Below, one piece after another: positions 8,517 to 17,305 of a stretch of DNA of 31,670 bases. The first letter of the stretch is position 1; the number at the start of each line of letters is the position of its first letter. Below the pieces are notes generated by a model. That model was not told the origin of the DNA. It searched no databases and saw only the letters and a program-made list of their open reading frames with translations. A program made the translations under genes and the position numbers. The stretch lies in NCBI GenBank assembly GCA_037443365.1, contig JBBIOM010000023.1, positions 1-31,670 on the forward strand, in the 5' to 3' direction. This DNA is from Armatimonadota bacterium (GTDB lineage: Bacteria; Sysuimicrobiota; Sysuimicrobiia; Sysuimicrobiales; Humicultoraceae).

Positions 8517-9215
8517 ATGCCGTCCGGTCGCACCGTTCTGGTTGTTGATGACGAGGCGTCCGTCCGCGATGTCGTCTCGCGCTACCTGAAGCGTGAGGGG
8601 TTTGGGGTCGAGGTCGCGGAGGACGGCGCCTCGGCGCTCGCCGCGGCCCGCAGGATGCGCCCGGACCTGATCGTCCTGGACATCATGCTGCCGGGCATGG
8701 ACGGGCTGGAGGTGCTCCGGCGGCTGCGCGAGTGGTCGGAGGCCTACGTGTTGTTGCTCACAGCGCGATCCGACGAGACCGACAAGGTCGTGGGGCTGGG
8801 CGTGGGCGCCGACGACTACCTCACCAAGCCGTTTAGCCCGCGAGAACTGGTCGCGCGTGTCAAGGCGCTGCTGCGCCGCGGCCGGGGGAGCGACGGGAAG
8901 CCCGGGCCGCTCGTCTTCCGCCGCCTGCGCATAGATCCCGGCCAGCGAGAGGTGTGGAAGGACGGGCGCCCGGTTCCATTGACCGCGCTGGAGTTCGACC
9001 TGCTGCTGGCCATGGCCAGGGCGCCCCGCCTTGTCTTCACGCGGCCACAGATCATAGAACGCGTCTGGGGAGCCGACTTCTTCGGCGACGAACGCGTGGT
9101 GGACGTCCACATCAAGGAACTCCGCAGGAAGTTGGAGGACGATCCCGGGCGGCCGGCGTTCATCACGACGGTACGGGGCGTGGGCTACCGGTTCGAGGCG
9201 GAGCAGCCGCGGTGA
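8517..9215 (+). CDS. OmpR/PhoB-family response regulator
   Basis: LVVDDE, LDIMLP (phospho-Asp), LTA, GADDYLTKPF and winged-helix VDVHIKELRRKL...TVRGVGY. Confidence 0.95.
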   Translation: MPSGRTVLVVDDEASVRDVVSRYLKREGFGVEVAEDGASALAAARRMRPDLIVLDIMLPGMDGLEVLRRLREWSEAYVLLLTARSDETDKVVGLGVGADDYLTKPFSPRELVARVKALLRRGRGSDGKPGPLVFRRLRIDPGQREVWKDGRPVPLTALEFDLLLAMARAPRLVFTRPQIIERVWGADFFGDERVVDVHIKELRRKLEDDPGRPAFITTVRGVGYRFEAEQPR

Positions 9216-10303
9216 GGCGGTCGCTGGGAACGCAGGTCTTCCTCTCGTACTTGGTCGTCCTGCTCGTGGGCCTCGCTGTGCTGACGGCGGCGCTGGGCCT
9301 CCTCGGGCCCCCGCACGTGGCCCGCCGGATCGAGGGGGCCGGGCCTCGATTCGGGGGGCCCCCGGCCACCAACATCGAGCGGCTCCTCCGTACAGGCATC
9401 GCCGACGCGCTCGTCATCGCCGGCATCGCCGCGATCATAGCCGCGGGAGCCCTGAGCGTGTACGTGACCAGGCGAATCGTGCTGCCGGTGGCGGCCCTTG
9501 CCGCGGCCAGCCGGCGCCTGGCAAAGGGGCACTACGACGAGCGCGTGCCTGTTCAGGGTACGGACGAGCTGGGCGCGCTTGCCGACAGCTTCAACACCAT
9601 GGCCGAGGCGCTGGAGCAGACCGAGAACCGGCGCCGCGCCCTGCTGGCTGACGTGGCCCACGAGCTGCGGACACCGCTTTCCGGAATCAAAGGTTACATG
9701 GAGGGGCTCTCCGACGGGGTGCTCGAGGCCGTACCCGAGACCTACGCGCGGGTCGCCGTTGAAGTGGACCGGCTGCAGCGCCTGGTGACCGACCTGGAGG
9801 AGCTCTCGCGGCTGGACGCCGGGGTGCTTCCTCTGAACCGGCAGTCCGTGCCGGTCAGCCGTATCGTGGAGGCTGTTGTGGAGCGCCTGCGCCCGCAGGC
9901 CGATGCCCAGGGGCTGGTGCTGGAGGTAGTGGCGCCTGCAACGCTCCCCCATGTGAGCGTTGACGTGGACCGCATCGAGCAAGTCCTGCAGAACCTGGTC
10001 GGCAACGCCATCCAGTACACCCCGCGGCCAGGCCGCATCAAGGTCAGGGCACGCCCTGACGGACCGTGGGTGAGAATCGAGGTGGAAGACACAGGGGTGG
10101 GCATAGCGCCCGAGCACCTTCCGCACATCTTCGAACGCTTCTTCCGGGTGGACCGGTCGCGCGCGCGCAGCGGCGGGGGAAGCGGTCTGGGCCTGACAAT
10201 CGCCCGTTACCTCGTCGAGGCCCACGGCGGAAGCATCCAGGCGGCCAGCCCCGGGCCTGGGCGCGGCAGTACCTTCACCTTCACGCTCCCCACCGCCGGC
10301 TGA
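9212..10303 (+). CDS. HAMP-containing sensor histidine kinase (BaeS-like)
   Basis: GTG overlaps the regulator's TGA. Two TM segments, HAMP (DELGALADSFNTMA), H-box AHELRTPL, N-box NLVGNA, DTGVG, FERFFR and GSGLGL. Confidence 0.93.
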   Translation: MRRSLGTQVFLSYLVVLLVGLAVLTAALGLLGPPHVARRIEGAGPRFGGPPATNIERLLRTGIADALVIAGIAAIIAAGALSVYVTRRIVLPVAALAAASRRLAKGHYDERVPVQGTDELGALADSFNTMAEALEQTENRRRALLADVAHELRTPLSGIKGYMEGLSDGVLEAVPETYARVAVEVDRLQRLVTDLEELSRLDAGVLPLNRQSVPVSRIVEAVVERLRPQADAQGLVLEVVAPATLPHVSVDVDRIEQVLQNLVGNAIQYTPRPGRIKVRARPDGPWVRIEVEDTGVGIAPEHLPHIFERFFRVDRSRARSGGGSGLGLTIARYLVEAHGGSIQAASPGPGRGSTFTFTLPTAG

Positions 10304-10328
10304 AGGCAAACCGGCCTGGGCGTAGAAT
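10302..10328 (+). promoter_or_regulatory. candidate promoter for the diguanylate cyclase (GAAGGC-N17-GAAT; also reads as a TAGAAT -10)
   Basis: Fits the recurring SigH-like motif. TAGAAT at 10323-10328 is also a near-consensus sigma70 -10. Confidence 0.45.
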
Positions 10329-10368
10329 AGCAGCGTCTAACCGGCACGGACGCTCAGGCGCGAAGGCG

Positions 10369-12396
10369 GTGGCCGATGTGAACCCAGCCTATTCCAAGCG
10401 GAGCGATCCGAACCAGATCAAGAAGCGCGGCGTCGTGCTTGCCGGCACCGGTTTTGTGGCCCTGCAGTTGAGCATACTGGGGCTGCACAGGCTGGGCGTC
10501 CTCTTCCTCGACCCTGCCAGATGGACGACGGCCCTTGCCATCACGGTCGGCGTCCAGGCGCTGCTCTGGCTGATCCCCCACTTCGGCTGGGCCGAGCGTT
10601 TGCGGTGGGACAGGCACTACGTGTACCTGCCTACGGGCGCCGCCGCCGGCCTGCTCACCCTGTACGCCTTCACGGTGCCCGAGGCACGTGACATCTACCT
10701 GCTGGCCTGGATGGCGGCTCTGCTCTTCGTGGCAGGGCGGATGGGGTTCTGGGGCGTCCTGGTCCTGGGAAGCATGGCAGGGGCGGGTTACGTGGCCGCC
10801 ATTGCGCACTACGCCAGCACGCTTGAGGTCCCCCTGCCGGCCGCGGACATGGCTCTGGCAGTGGTGTTCCTTCTCATCAATGCCTTTGCCGCTGTTGTCT
10901 TCGAGCGGCTGCGCCGCCAGCGCGACGAGAGAACGATCCTCGAGCGTGAACGCCTGCGGGCCGAGGAGGCGGCGCGGGCCGGCGCCCAGCGCTATCAGGA
11001 GTTGTTCGAGGGAATACCCATGGGGCTCTACGTGACGACCCCGGCGGGCGAGTTCGTCGAGGTGAACTCGGCCCTCGCGCACGTGCTCGGCTTTCCTTCC
11101 CGCGAGGCCCTGACGGCCGAGAGGGTACCCGCGGTCTACGCCAATCCCGACGACCGCAGACGCTGGCTGGAGACGATGGAGCGCGATGGCACGGTGCGCG
11201 GGGTTGAGCTCCGGCTGCGCCGGAGGGACGGGCAGGCAATCTGGGTGCGCGACACCGCGCGCGCCATCCGCGACAGCGATGGACGGCTGCTGCACTTCGA
11301 GGGATCGCTGGAGGACGTGACCGCGCGCAAGGAGGTCGAGGAAGCCCTCGTGCAGGCCAACGAGAAGCTCAAGGTGTGGGTCGGGGATCTCGAGCGCCGG
11401 ACGAGCGAGATAACCGTGCTGAGCCAGATGGGAGAGCTGCTGCAGGCCTGCTCGAGCATGGCCGAAGCCCATTCCGTGATCGCCCACGCTGCCCAGAAAC
11501 TGTTTCCCGACGAGCCGGGCGCGCTGTGCGTGCAGAGCGCGTCGCGCAACTTCGTCGAGGTCGTGGCCTCCTGGGGCGTGGGGCTGCCCACGGCCAGGGT
11601 CTTCGCGCCAGACGACTGCTGGGCGCTGAGGCGAGGCCGGCCCCACACCGTGGAGGACACCGCAGCGGGTCCAAACTGCCGTCACATATCAAGCCCGCCT
11701 CCGCTGGCCTACACGTGTCTCCCGCTCGTCGCCCACGGCGAGGCCACGGGACTGCTGTTCCTTGCCCGCCCAGAGGGCTCCGGGAATGCCGCGGGGCAGC
11801 CGCTGACGGCCAGGACCGTTGTCGCTTCGACGCTGGCAGAGCAGTCCGCCCTGGCGCTGGCCAACATCAGGCTGCGGGACACGCTGCGCAGCCAGTCGGT
11901 CCGCGACCCGCTCACAGGCCTGTTCAACCGCCGGTACATGGAGGAGACGCTGGAGCGGGAGATCCGGCGGGCCGAGCGCAGCGGCGCGCCCCTGTGCCTC
12001 ATGATGCTCGATCTCGACCACTTCAAGCAGTTCAACGACACCTTCGGGCACAGCGCCGGCGACGCGCTTCTGCGCGAACTGGGCGGCATACTGCGCTCCA
12101 ACGTGCGGGCGGGCGACATCGCCTGCCGCTTCGGGGGCGAGGAGTTCGTCCTGATCCTGCCCGAGGCGCCACTGAGTTGCGCGCAGCAGCGGGCCGAGCA
12201 GCTGCGCGAGGCGGCCCGGCACCTGCAAGTCTCGCACATGGGCGAATCGCTGGGTTCGGTGACGGTGTCTGTGGGCCTGGCCGCGTTCCCCGAGCACGGG
12301 GGGAGCGGCGAAGCCCTGCTCGAAGCCGCGGATGGCGCGCTGTACCGCGCCAAGGCAGAGGGGCGCGATCGCGTGGTTGTGGCGGCACCCCGCTAG
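10369..12396 (+). CDS. membrane-bound diguanylate cyclase (multi-TM + PAS/PAC + GAF + GGDEF)
   Basis: About 5-6 TM helices, PAS (GEFVEVN...RRRDGQAIWV...EDVTARK), GAF (DDCWALRRG), DPLTGLFNRR, DLDHFKQFNDTFGH, RAGD I-site and RFGGEEF. Start uncertain (GTG 10369 or 10378). Confidence 0.92.
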   Translation: MADVNPAYSKRSDPNQIKKRGVVLAGTGFVALQLSILGLHRLGVLFLDPARWTTALAITVGVQALLWLIPHFGWAERLRWDRHYVYLPTGAAAGLLTLYAFTVPEARDIYLLAWMAALLFVAGRMGFWGVLVLGSMAGAGYVAAIAHYASTLEVPLPAADMALAVVFLLINAFAAVVFERLRRQRDERTILERERLRAEEAARAGAQRYQELFEGIPMGLYVTTPAGEFVEVNSALAHVLGFPSREALTAERVPAVYANPDDRRRWLETMERDGTVRGVELRLRRRDGQAIWVRDTARAIRDSDGRLLHFEGSLEDVTARKEVEEALVQANEKLKVWVGDLERRTSEITVLSQMGELLQACSSMAEAHSVIAHAAQKLFPDEPGALCVQSASRNFVEVVASWGVGLPTARVFAPDDCWALRRGRPHTVEDTAAGPNCRHISSPPPLAYTCLPLVAHGEATGLLFLARPEGSGNAAGQPLTARTVVASTLAEQSALALANIRLRDTLRSQSVRDPLTGLFNRRYMEETLEREIRRAERSGAPLCLMMLDLDHFKQFNDTFGHSAGDALLRELGGILRSNVRAGDIACRFGGEEFVLILPEAPLSCAQQRAEQLREAARHLQVSHMGESLGSVTVSVGLAAFPEHGGSGEALLEAADGALYRAKAEGRDRVVVAAPR

Positions 12397-12413
12397 GGAA
12401 TCCGGACCGGGAT

Positions 12414-14531
12414 CTAGCCGCGGCTCACCCGAATCCTTGCATCCAGGGCGATGGCTCCCTGCGCGTCGGGCAGCGCGCGCAGCGGGTTGATCTCGACCTC
12501 AACCAGTTCCGGGAACTCGGCGGCCAGCGCCGCCAGGCGCATCACCGCCTCGACCACGGCAGCGCGGTCGGCCGGCGGCATGTTCCTGTATCCGCGCAGC
12601 CTGCGGCCGGCCCACGTGGCCTCGAGCAGCAGGTCGGCCTCCGGCCGCGACAGCGGGGCCAGGGCGAACGCGACATCGCGCAGCGCCTCGACCTCCACCC
12701 CGCCTGATCCAAACATCACGATGGGTCCGAACTGCTCGTCGGTCAGCGCGCCCGCGATCACGTCCTGTCCAGCCGGAAGCATGCGCTGCACGAGCGCGCC
12801 CTCGATCGCTGCATCGGGACGCGCCTCCCGCACCCTCGCCAGCATCTCCTCGAATGCGAGGGCAGCCGCCGCGGCATCCCGCAGATCGAGCATCACCCCG
12901 CCAACGTCGGACTTGTGCGGGATGTCGGGCGACGCCACCTTGAGCGCCACCGGGAGGCCCATCCGGCAGGCCAGGGCAGCGGCCTCTTCCGCGGACCGGA
13001 CCAACCCTGTTGGGACGACCGAGATACCATAGGCATCGAGCACCCGGCAGGCCGCGTCGGCGGACATCCAGGCGGCCCCGGATGCCCCGCGTGAGGCATC
13101 GCGGATCACCCCGCGCACCACCTCAGGGCGCACGTCGTCGAAGACCACAGGCGGCTCCGGGGGATGGGCCAGCGCATCTGTGCGCGCTGCGAGCGCGGCC
13201 AGTGCCGATGCCGCGGCCTCGGGCGATCGGAAGTCCGGAATGCGCGCAGCGCGCAGCAGCGCGGCGGCCTCGCGCATCGCCTCGCCGCCCAGGAGGGCCA
13301 CCGCAACCGGCTTGGACGACCCTCGTGCCGCAGACGCCAGGGCCTCGGCCACGCGCGCGGCCGGGTGCATCGGCGGCGGGGGAAGCACGACCAGCACACC
13401 GTGCACCCCGCCGTCAGCCAGGAGAAGACGCAGGCACGCGGCGTACACCTCCGGGGACGCCGAGGCCAGGATGTCCACGGGGTTGCGCGCGCTGGCCGCC
13501 GCAGGGAGAAGGTCTGCCAGCGCGGCACGCGTGGGCCCGGCCATCTCGGCCAGGGAGAGACCGCTGGCCTCGAGGGCGTCGGCGGCCATGACCCCGGGGC
13601 CGCCCGCGTTGGTCAGCACGGCCATTGCCCGTCCGCCCGGGAGCGGGCACCAGTCCAGGGCGCGCGCCCAATCCAGCATCTCCTCGACGGTTGCGGCGCG
13701 CATCACCCCTGCGCGGCGAAACGCCGCATCGTAGGCGGCCTCGCGACCGGCCAGGGCGCCGGTGTGCGACGCCGCCGCGCGCTTCCCTCCTGGAGACCGT
13801 CCGGCCTTGACGCAGAGGATCGGCTTGTGGCGGGTGATCCGGCCGGCCTCCTCCACGAACCGCCGGCCGTCGCCCACGCCCTCCAGGAACAGCGTCACGA
13901 CGCGCGTCTCTGGATCGTCCGCCACCAGGGATAGCAGCTCGGTCTCGGTGACGTCGGCCTGGTTGCCCGTACTCACCATGCGCGAGATCCCAAGGCCCAG
14001 CGCCCGCGCCTGCTCGGCCACCACGGCGCACATCGCGCCCGAGTGCGAGATGAAGGCCACCCCGCCGGAGAGCGGGCCCGGCGGCTGCAGAAAGGTCGTG
14101 TCCAGCGGCAGGTGCGTGTCCAGCACGCCGATGCAGTTGGGACCGAGCAGGCGGATCCCGCACTCGCGCCCCGCGCGAAGGCACTCCTCCTCCAGCGCCG
14201 CGCCCCCCGGGCCGGCCTCGCGGAAGCCGCCCGACGTTACGATCGCGGCGCGGATGCCGCGCGACCCGCACGCCCGCAGCGCCCCGGGCACCGCGGGCGC
14301 CGGGACGACCAGGATCGCCAGGTCCACGGGGTCGGGCACGCGCGCGATCTCAGGGTAGACGGGGCGATCCATCAGGCTGCCTCCCCTGGGATTGACCAGG
14401 TGAATCGCTCCCTTGTAGCCGCTCGCGATCAGGTTGCGCGCCACCCCGTAGCCCAGCTTGGAGGGGTCGTGCGAGGCGCCGACGATGGCGACGCCGCAGG
14501 GGCGAAAGAAGGGCGCGAGGGACGCGTCCAC
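12414..14531 (-). CDS. ADP-forming acyl-CoA synthetase (acetate--CoA ligase family, fused alpha-beta)
   Basis: AIVGAS, GPNCIG, SHSGA, ASHTGALAG (phospho-His), TNAGGPG, NPVD, HKSDVGGV, FGPIVMFGSGG and EINPL, with no GNAT domain. Start set at GTG 14531, just past the aroM stop. Confidence 0.88.
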   Translation of the reverse strand: MDASLAPFFRPCGVAIVGASHDPSKLGYGVARNLIASGYKGAIHLVNPRGGSLMDRPVYPEIARVPDPVDLAILVVPAPAVPGALRACGSRGIRAAIVTSGGFREAGPGGAALEEECLRAGRECGIRLLGPNCIGVLDTHLPLDTTFLQPPGPLSGGVAFISHSGAMCAVVAEQARALGLGISRMVSTGNQADVTETELLSLVADDPETRVVTLFLEGVGDGRRFVEEAGRITRHKPILCVKAGRSPGGKRAAASHTGALAGREAAYDAAFRRAGVMRAATVEEMLDWARALDWCPLPGGRAMAVLTNAGGPGVMAADALEASGLSLAEMAGPTRAALADLLPAAASARNPVDILASASPEVYAACLRLLLADGGVHGVLVVLPPPPMHPAARVAEALASAARGSSKPVAVALLGGEAMREAAALLRAARIPDFRSPEAAASALAALAARTDALAHPPEPPVVFDDVRPEVVRGVIRDASRGASGAAWMSADAACRVLDAYGISVVPTGLVRSAEEAAALACRMGLPVALKVASPDIPHKSDVGGVMLDLRDAAAAALAFEEMLARVREARPDAAIEGALVQRMLPAGQDVIAGALTDEQFGPIVMFGSGGVEVEALRDVAFALAPLSRPEADLLLEATWAGRRLRGYRNMPPADRAAVVEAVMRLAALAAEFPELVEVEINPLRALPDAQGAIALDARIRVSRG

Positions 14532-14539
14532 GGCCGCGG

Positions 14540-15208
14540 CTAGAGGAGTTCGGCCGCGGCGCGGGCCAGCACGGTGCGCGCGAGCAGGACAGGGCAGCGC
14601 ACCAGCCCGGCAACCGCCTGCTTCAGCGCCACGGTGTATCCCAGGCAGTCGAGGACGACCAGGTCGGCTTCCCGAAAGGCCGCGCAGGCCTCTGCCAGGT
14701 CGCCGCCGGAGGTGTAGGGCGAGTGCGGCCGCACGGTCACGGCCCGGGCCACCTCGCTCCACCTGCGCTCCTGATCCGCCACCTGTTGCGCCGATGGGGT
14801 CAGCACGCCGATCCTGCCGCCGGGCGCGACCGCCCGGGCAAACTGGAAGAGCAGGTGCTCAGGGTAGAGCACCAGTCGCCGGGTGGCAAACGGCGGGAAG
14901 GTCCCGGTGCAGAGCATCACGATCAGATCAGCCTCGTCCTGCACCTGATCGAGGCAGGCCTGCACGCGCGGCAGGATCCACCCCCTGCCGACCTGCACCT
15001 CGCGCCCATCGCGGAGGCGGGTGACCAATGCGTGGTCACCCGGAGCAGGGCGAAGGGCCTCAATCCCTGCATCGGTCAGGCCGTCCAGCGCGCCGGCCTC
15101 TATCACCCGGACGCCCGGCCCCAGCAGGGGCATGATCTCGTCGAAGATGTCGGAGCGCGGGCTCTGCCCTATCGTTATCGCGGCCACGACGCCGGCGCTA
15201 GAAGACAT
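14540..15208 (-). CDS. aroM: AroM family protein
   Basis: ITIGQSPRSD, EAGALDG, LVTRLRDG, MLCTGTF, SPY and VLDCLGY motifs. Confidence 0.85.
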   Translation of the reverse strand: MSSSAGVVAAITIGQSPRSDIFDEIMPLLGPGVRVIEAGALDGLTDAGIEALRPAPGDHALVTRLRDGREVQVGRGWILPRVQACLDQVQDEADLIVMLCTGTFPPFATRRLVLYPEHLLFQFARAVAPGGRIGVLTPSAQQVADQERRWSEVARAVTVRPHSPYTSGGDLAEACAAFREADLVVLDCLGYTVALKQAVAGLVRCPVLLARTVLARAAAELL

Positions 15209-16274
15209 GCCGCACGACCTCCCTGCCGATGGCGCGCTCTATGTCCCGGAACAGATCCGGGTCCCGCATGCCGGCACCCAGGATCAGGTTCTGCCGCGGG
15301 ACCAAGAGAACCGCCACGCGCATCCCGGCCTGCACCTCGGCCGTGGCCAATGGGCTGCCGTGCTCCGGGCTGAAGGTGACGATCAGGTCCGGGAAGGTGG
15401 CCCGCCGCTCGCCGTCTGCTTCCAGGGTCATGTACTCGTTCCAGAAGGTCAACTCGAGGCGGCCGCGCTTCCCGAGAACCCCGACTATGCCCACGTCGTA
15501 CCCGCCCGCGACCTCGAGGCGCACGCTCTCGACGCTACCCTCGTCCATCACCTGTCCGCCCAGGATCCCGGCGGCGGTCTCCACGACCGCGCGGCCGCCG
15601 CGCGGCTGCGCGGCCCGCATCACCTCGCCCAGGGCGATCGCCTGACGGATCGCGCCCGGCGCGGCGTGCTCGCGCACGTACGCCAGCGACACGGGGTCGC
15701 GCGCCACGGCCACCGTGCCACCGGCCTCGATCGAGGCCGTTCGGATCATCTGCGCCGTGCGCCTGATCGCACCGGAGGCGCAGACCTCGATGTGGCGTCC
15801 AGTTGCCGGGTTGCCGCCGACGGCGACCTGGTGGGAGGTGTACCCGTCCACCAGGTGTAGTCCCATCGCACCCATCAGGCCGGTCGGGTGGGCTCTTCCG
15901 TTGCACGGCGCGTCCACCACGGGCAGCCCGAGCACTGCGGCCTGCAGCCACCCGTTGACCGTGCCCCCTGCCCCGTTCTCGTTGGCTATGATCCCGCCCA
16001 GGCGCACGCCCGCGCGCTCGGCGAGCAGCCGCATCGCCCGAACGAAGTCCGGGGGGCGCACGCACTGATCCTTGGGCGAGGGCGCGCCTACCAGCGCGGC
16101 CGTGGCGATCGTGGCATCCGGTGAGAGGTCTTCAACCGAGGCAAGCTCGACGACGCCCTGCGCTACTGCCAGGCGCCCGCGCTCCAGACCATCGGAGATG
16201 TGCCCGCCGCCTCCGCCGCCCAGGACCGCGCCGCCTGTGACCGCGGCCTCCACTAGGTCCGCTGTCAGGAGCAT
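15198..16274 (-). CDS. DUF917 family protein
   Basis: GGAVLGGGGGG, VGAP, ENG...N, VVDAPCNGRAHPTG, WNEY and TFPDLI motifs. Start set at ATG 16274. Confidence 0.85.
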   Translation of the reverse strand: MLLTADLVEAAVTGGAVLGGGGGGHISDGLERGRLAVAQGVVELASVEDLSPDATIATAALVGAPSPKDQCVRPPDFVRAMRLLAERAGVRLGGIIANENGAGGTVNGWLQAAVLGLPVVDAPCNGRAHPTGLMGAMGLHLVDGYTSHQVAVGGNPATGRHIEVCASGAIRRTAQMIRTASIEAGGTVAVARDPVSLAYVREHAAPGAIRQAIALGEVMRAAQPRGGRAVVETAAGILGGQVMDEGSVESVRLEVAGGYDVGIVGVLGKRGRLELTFWNEYMTLEADGERRATFPDLIVTFSPEHGSPLATAEVQAGMRVAVLLVPRQNLILGAGMRDPDLFRDIERAIGREVVRHVF

Positions 16275-16279
16275 TCGGC

Positions 16280-17221
16280 TCAATCCCGGGTCTCCTGTCC
16301 GAGCGTCTGGAGATTGCGCATCGAGCCGTAGCGCGCGGCCAGCTCGTCGAACTCCTTCTGGTCGCAGAACTCGCACGCGCCCGCGCCGTACGCCTTCGCC
16401 ACCTCCAGGCAGAAGCGCACCGCGGTCTCGATGTCGGCGCACTGGCTTGCGCCCGAGGCCGCGCCTGGGACGGGCACCTGGGCGGTGAGCGCCACGCCCA
16501 CCACCGGCGCAGACGTCGCGGTCGAGGGCTGGACGATGCTGTTGATGTGTCGGAGACCCGTACCGTAGGGCGTGATGTCCTGGGTCGCCAGTGGCACAAT
16601 CACCGGCGGGATGCCGGTCACCCACTGGTAGATGTCGAGCAGCGCATCGCTGGCCCTCAGGATGTAGCCCTCCTTGACCGGCAGGGTGATGGCGATGCCC
16701 TTATGGTTGACGACCCGGTTGCCGCGAGTCGTGTCAACGGACAGGATCGCCTCCATGGCAGGATCCACCTCGTGGGCGTTCATCGTGGAGATATCGACCG
16801 GCGAGTTCATCATGGCCACCGGCGCGATCTGCATTATCACGGCGCACGGACACACGTGCGTGGCCACGATGACGTCCCCGGGCAGCTGGTCGCCCTGGCG
16901 GCGCATCTCCGCCATCTTGAGCGCGCACGCGACCGCGGTGATGGCACCGTCAGCATCCGAGACGAGACCTACCCGGTCAGGGCGGGCACCGATCCCGCCG
17001 AGCCTTCCGATGATGCCCAGCGTGCGTGCGCTCCCGCCCCCGGCGCGCCCCCTTGTTCCTGGAAAGACCACACGGATGAAGTCGGTCGAGCCCTTCGCGC
17101 CGCTGATCGTGGTGACCTGGCACTCGGCGCCGCGCCGGCGGAGGGCCTCCCTCACCCGCTCCCCGCTTGTCTGCGCCGAGTCCAGCAGATCGTAGGCTTC
17201 CAGGGTCTGGCTCCAAGCCAT
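16280..17221 (-). CDS. DUF1177 family protein
   Basis: GSTDF, IIGRLGGIGARP, VSDADGA, THVCP, SVDTTRGNR, QDITPYG and HINSIVQP motifs. GGGAGGT SD before ATG 17221. Confidence 0.85.
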   Translation of the reverse strand: MAWSQTLEAYDLLDSAQTSGERVREALRRRGAECQVTTISGAKGSTDFIRVVFPGTRGRAGGGSARTLGIIGRLGGIGARPDRVGLVSDADGAITAVACALKMAEMRRQGDQLPGDVIVATHVCPCAVIMQIAPVAMMNSPVDISTMNAHEVDPAMEAILSVDTTRGNRVVNHKGIAITLPVKEGYILRASDALLDIYQWVTGIPPVIVPLATQDITPYGTGLRHINSIVQPSTATSAPVVGVALTAQVPVPGAASGASQCADIETAVRFCLEVAKAYGAGACEFCDQKEFDELAARYGSMRNLQTLGQETRD

Positions 17222-17257
17222 CACACTACCTCCCGGCAGGTCCCAATCCACACCGGA

Positions 17258-17285
17258 CTTCGCGCGAGCAGGGGTGGCTCCCTGC
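17258..17285 (-). promoter_or_regulatory. candidate SigH-like promoter (GCAGGGA-N17-GAAG) overlapping a short hairpin, upstream of the DUF1177 cassette
   Basis: Recurring motif 36 nt upstream of ATG 17221. A GCAGGG-N6-CCCTGC stem lies at 17268-17285. Confidence 0.45.
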
Positions 17286-17305
17286 CCCGTCTCTGGCTTG
17301 CGGGA

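Noticed and set aside
12397-12413. Possible bidirectional terminator between the DGC and ACD genes
   Set aside because: Only a weak, short dyad with no U-tract.
14532-14762. N-terminal extensions in the ORF track (ACD to 14762, DUF917 to 16625, GntR to 26393, permease to 27007, HK from 8954, DGC from 10066) suggesting fusions
   Set aside because: They overlap neighbouring genes and are Arg/Pro/Gly-rich junk. Better starts with an SD or stop-start coupling exist downstream.
16202-16220. Gly6 run in DUF917 as a possible slippage or phase-variation tract
   Set aside because: Mixed codons encoding a family-typical glycine-rich loop, not a homopolymer.
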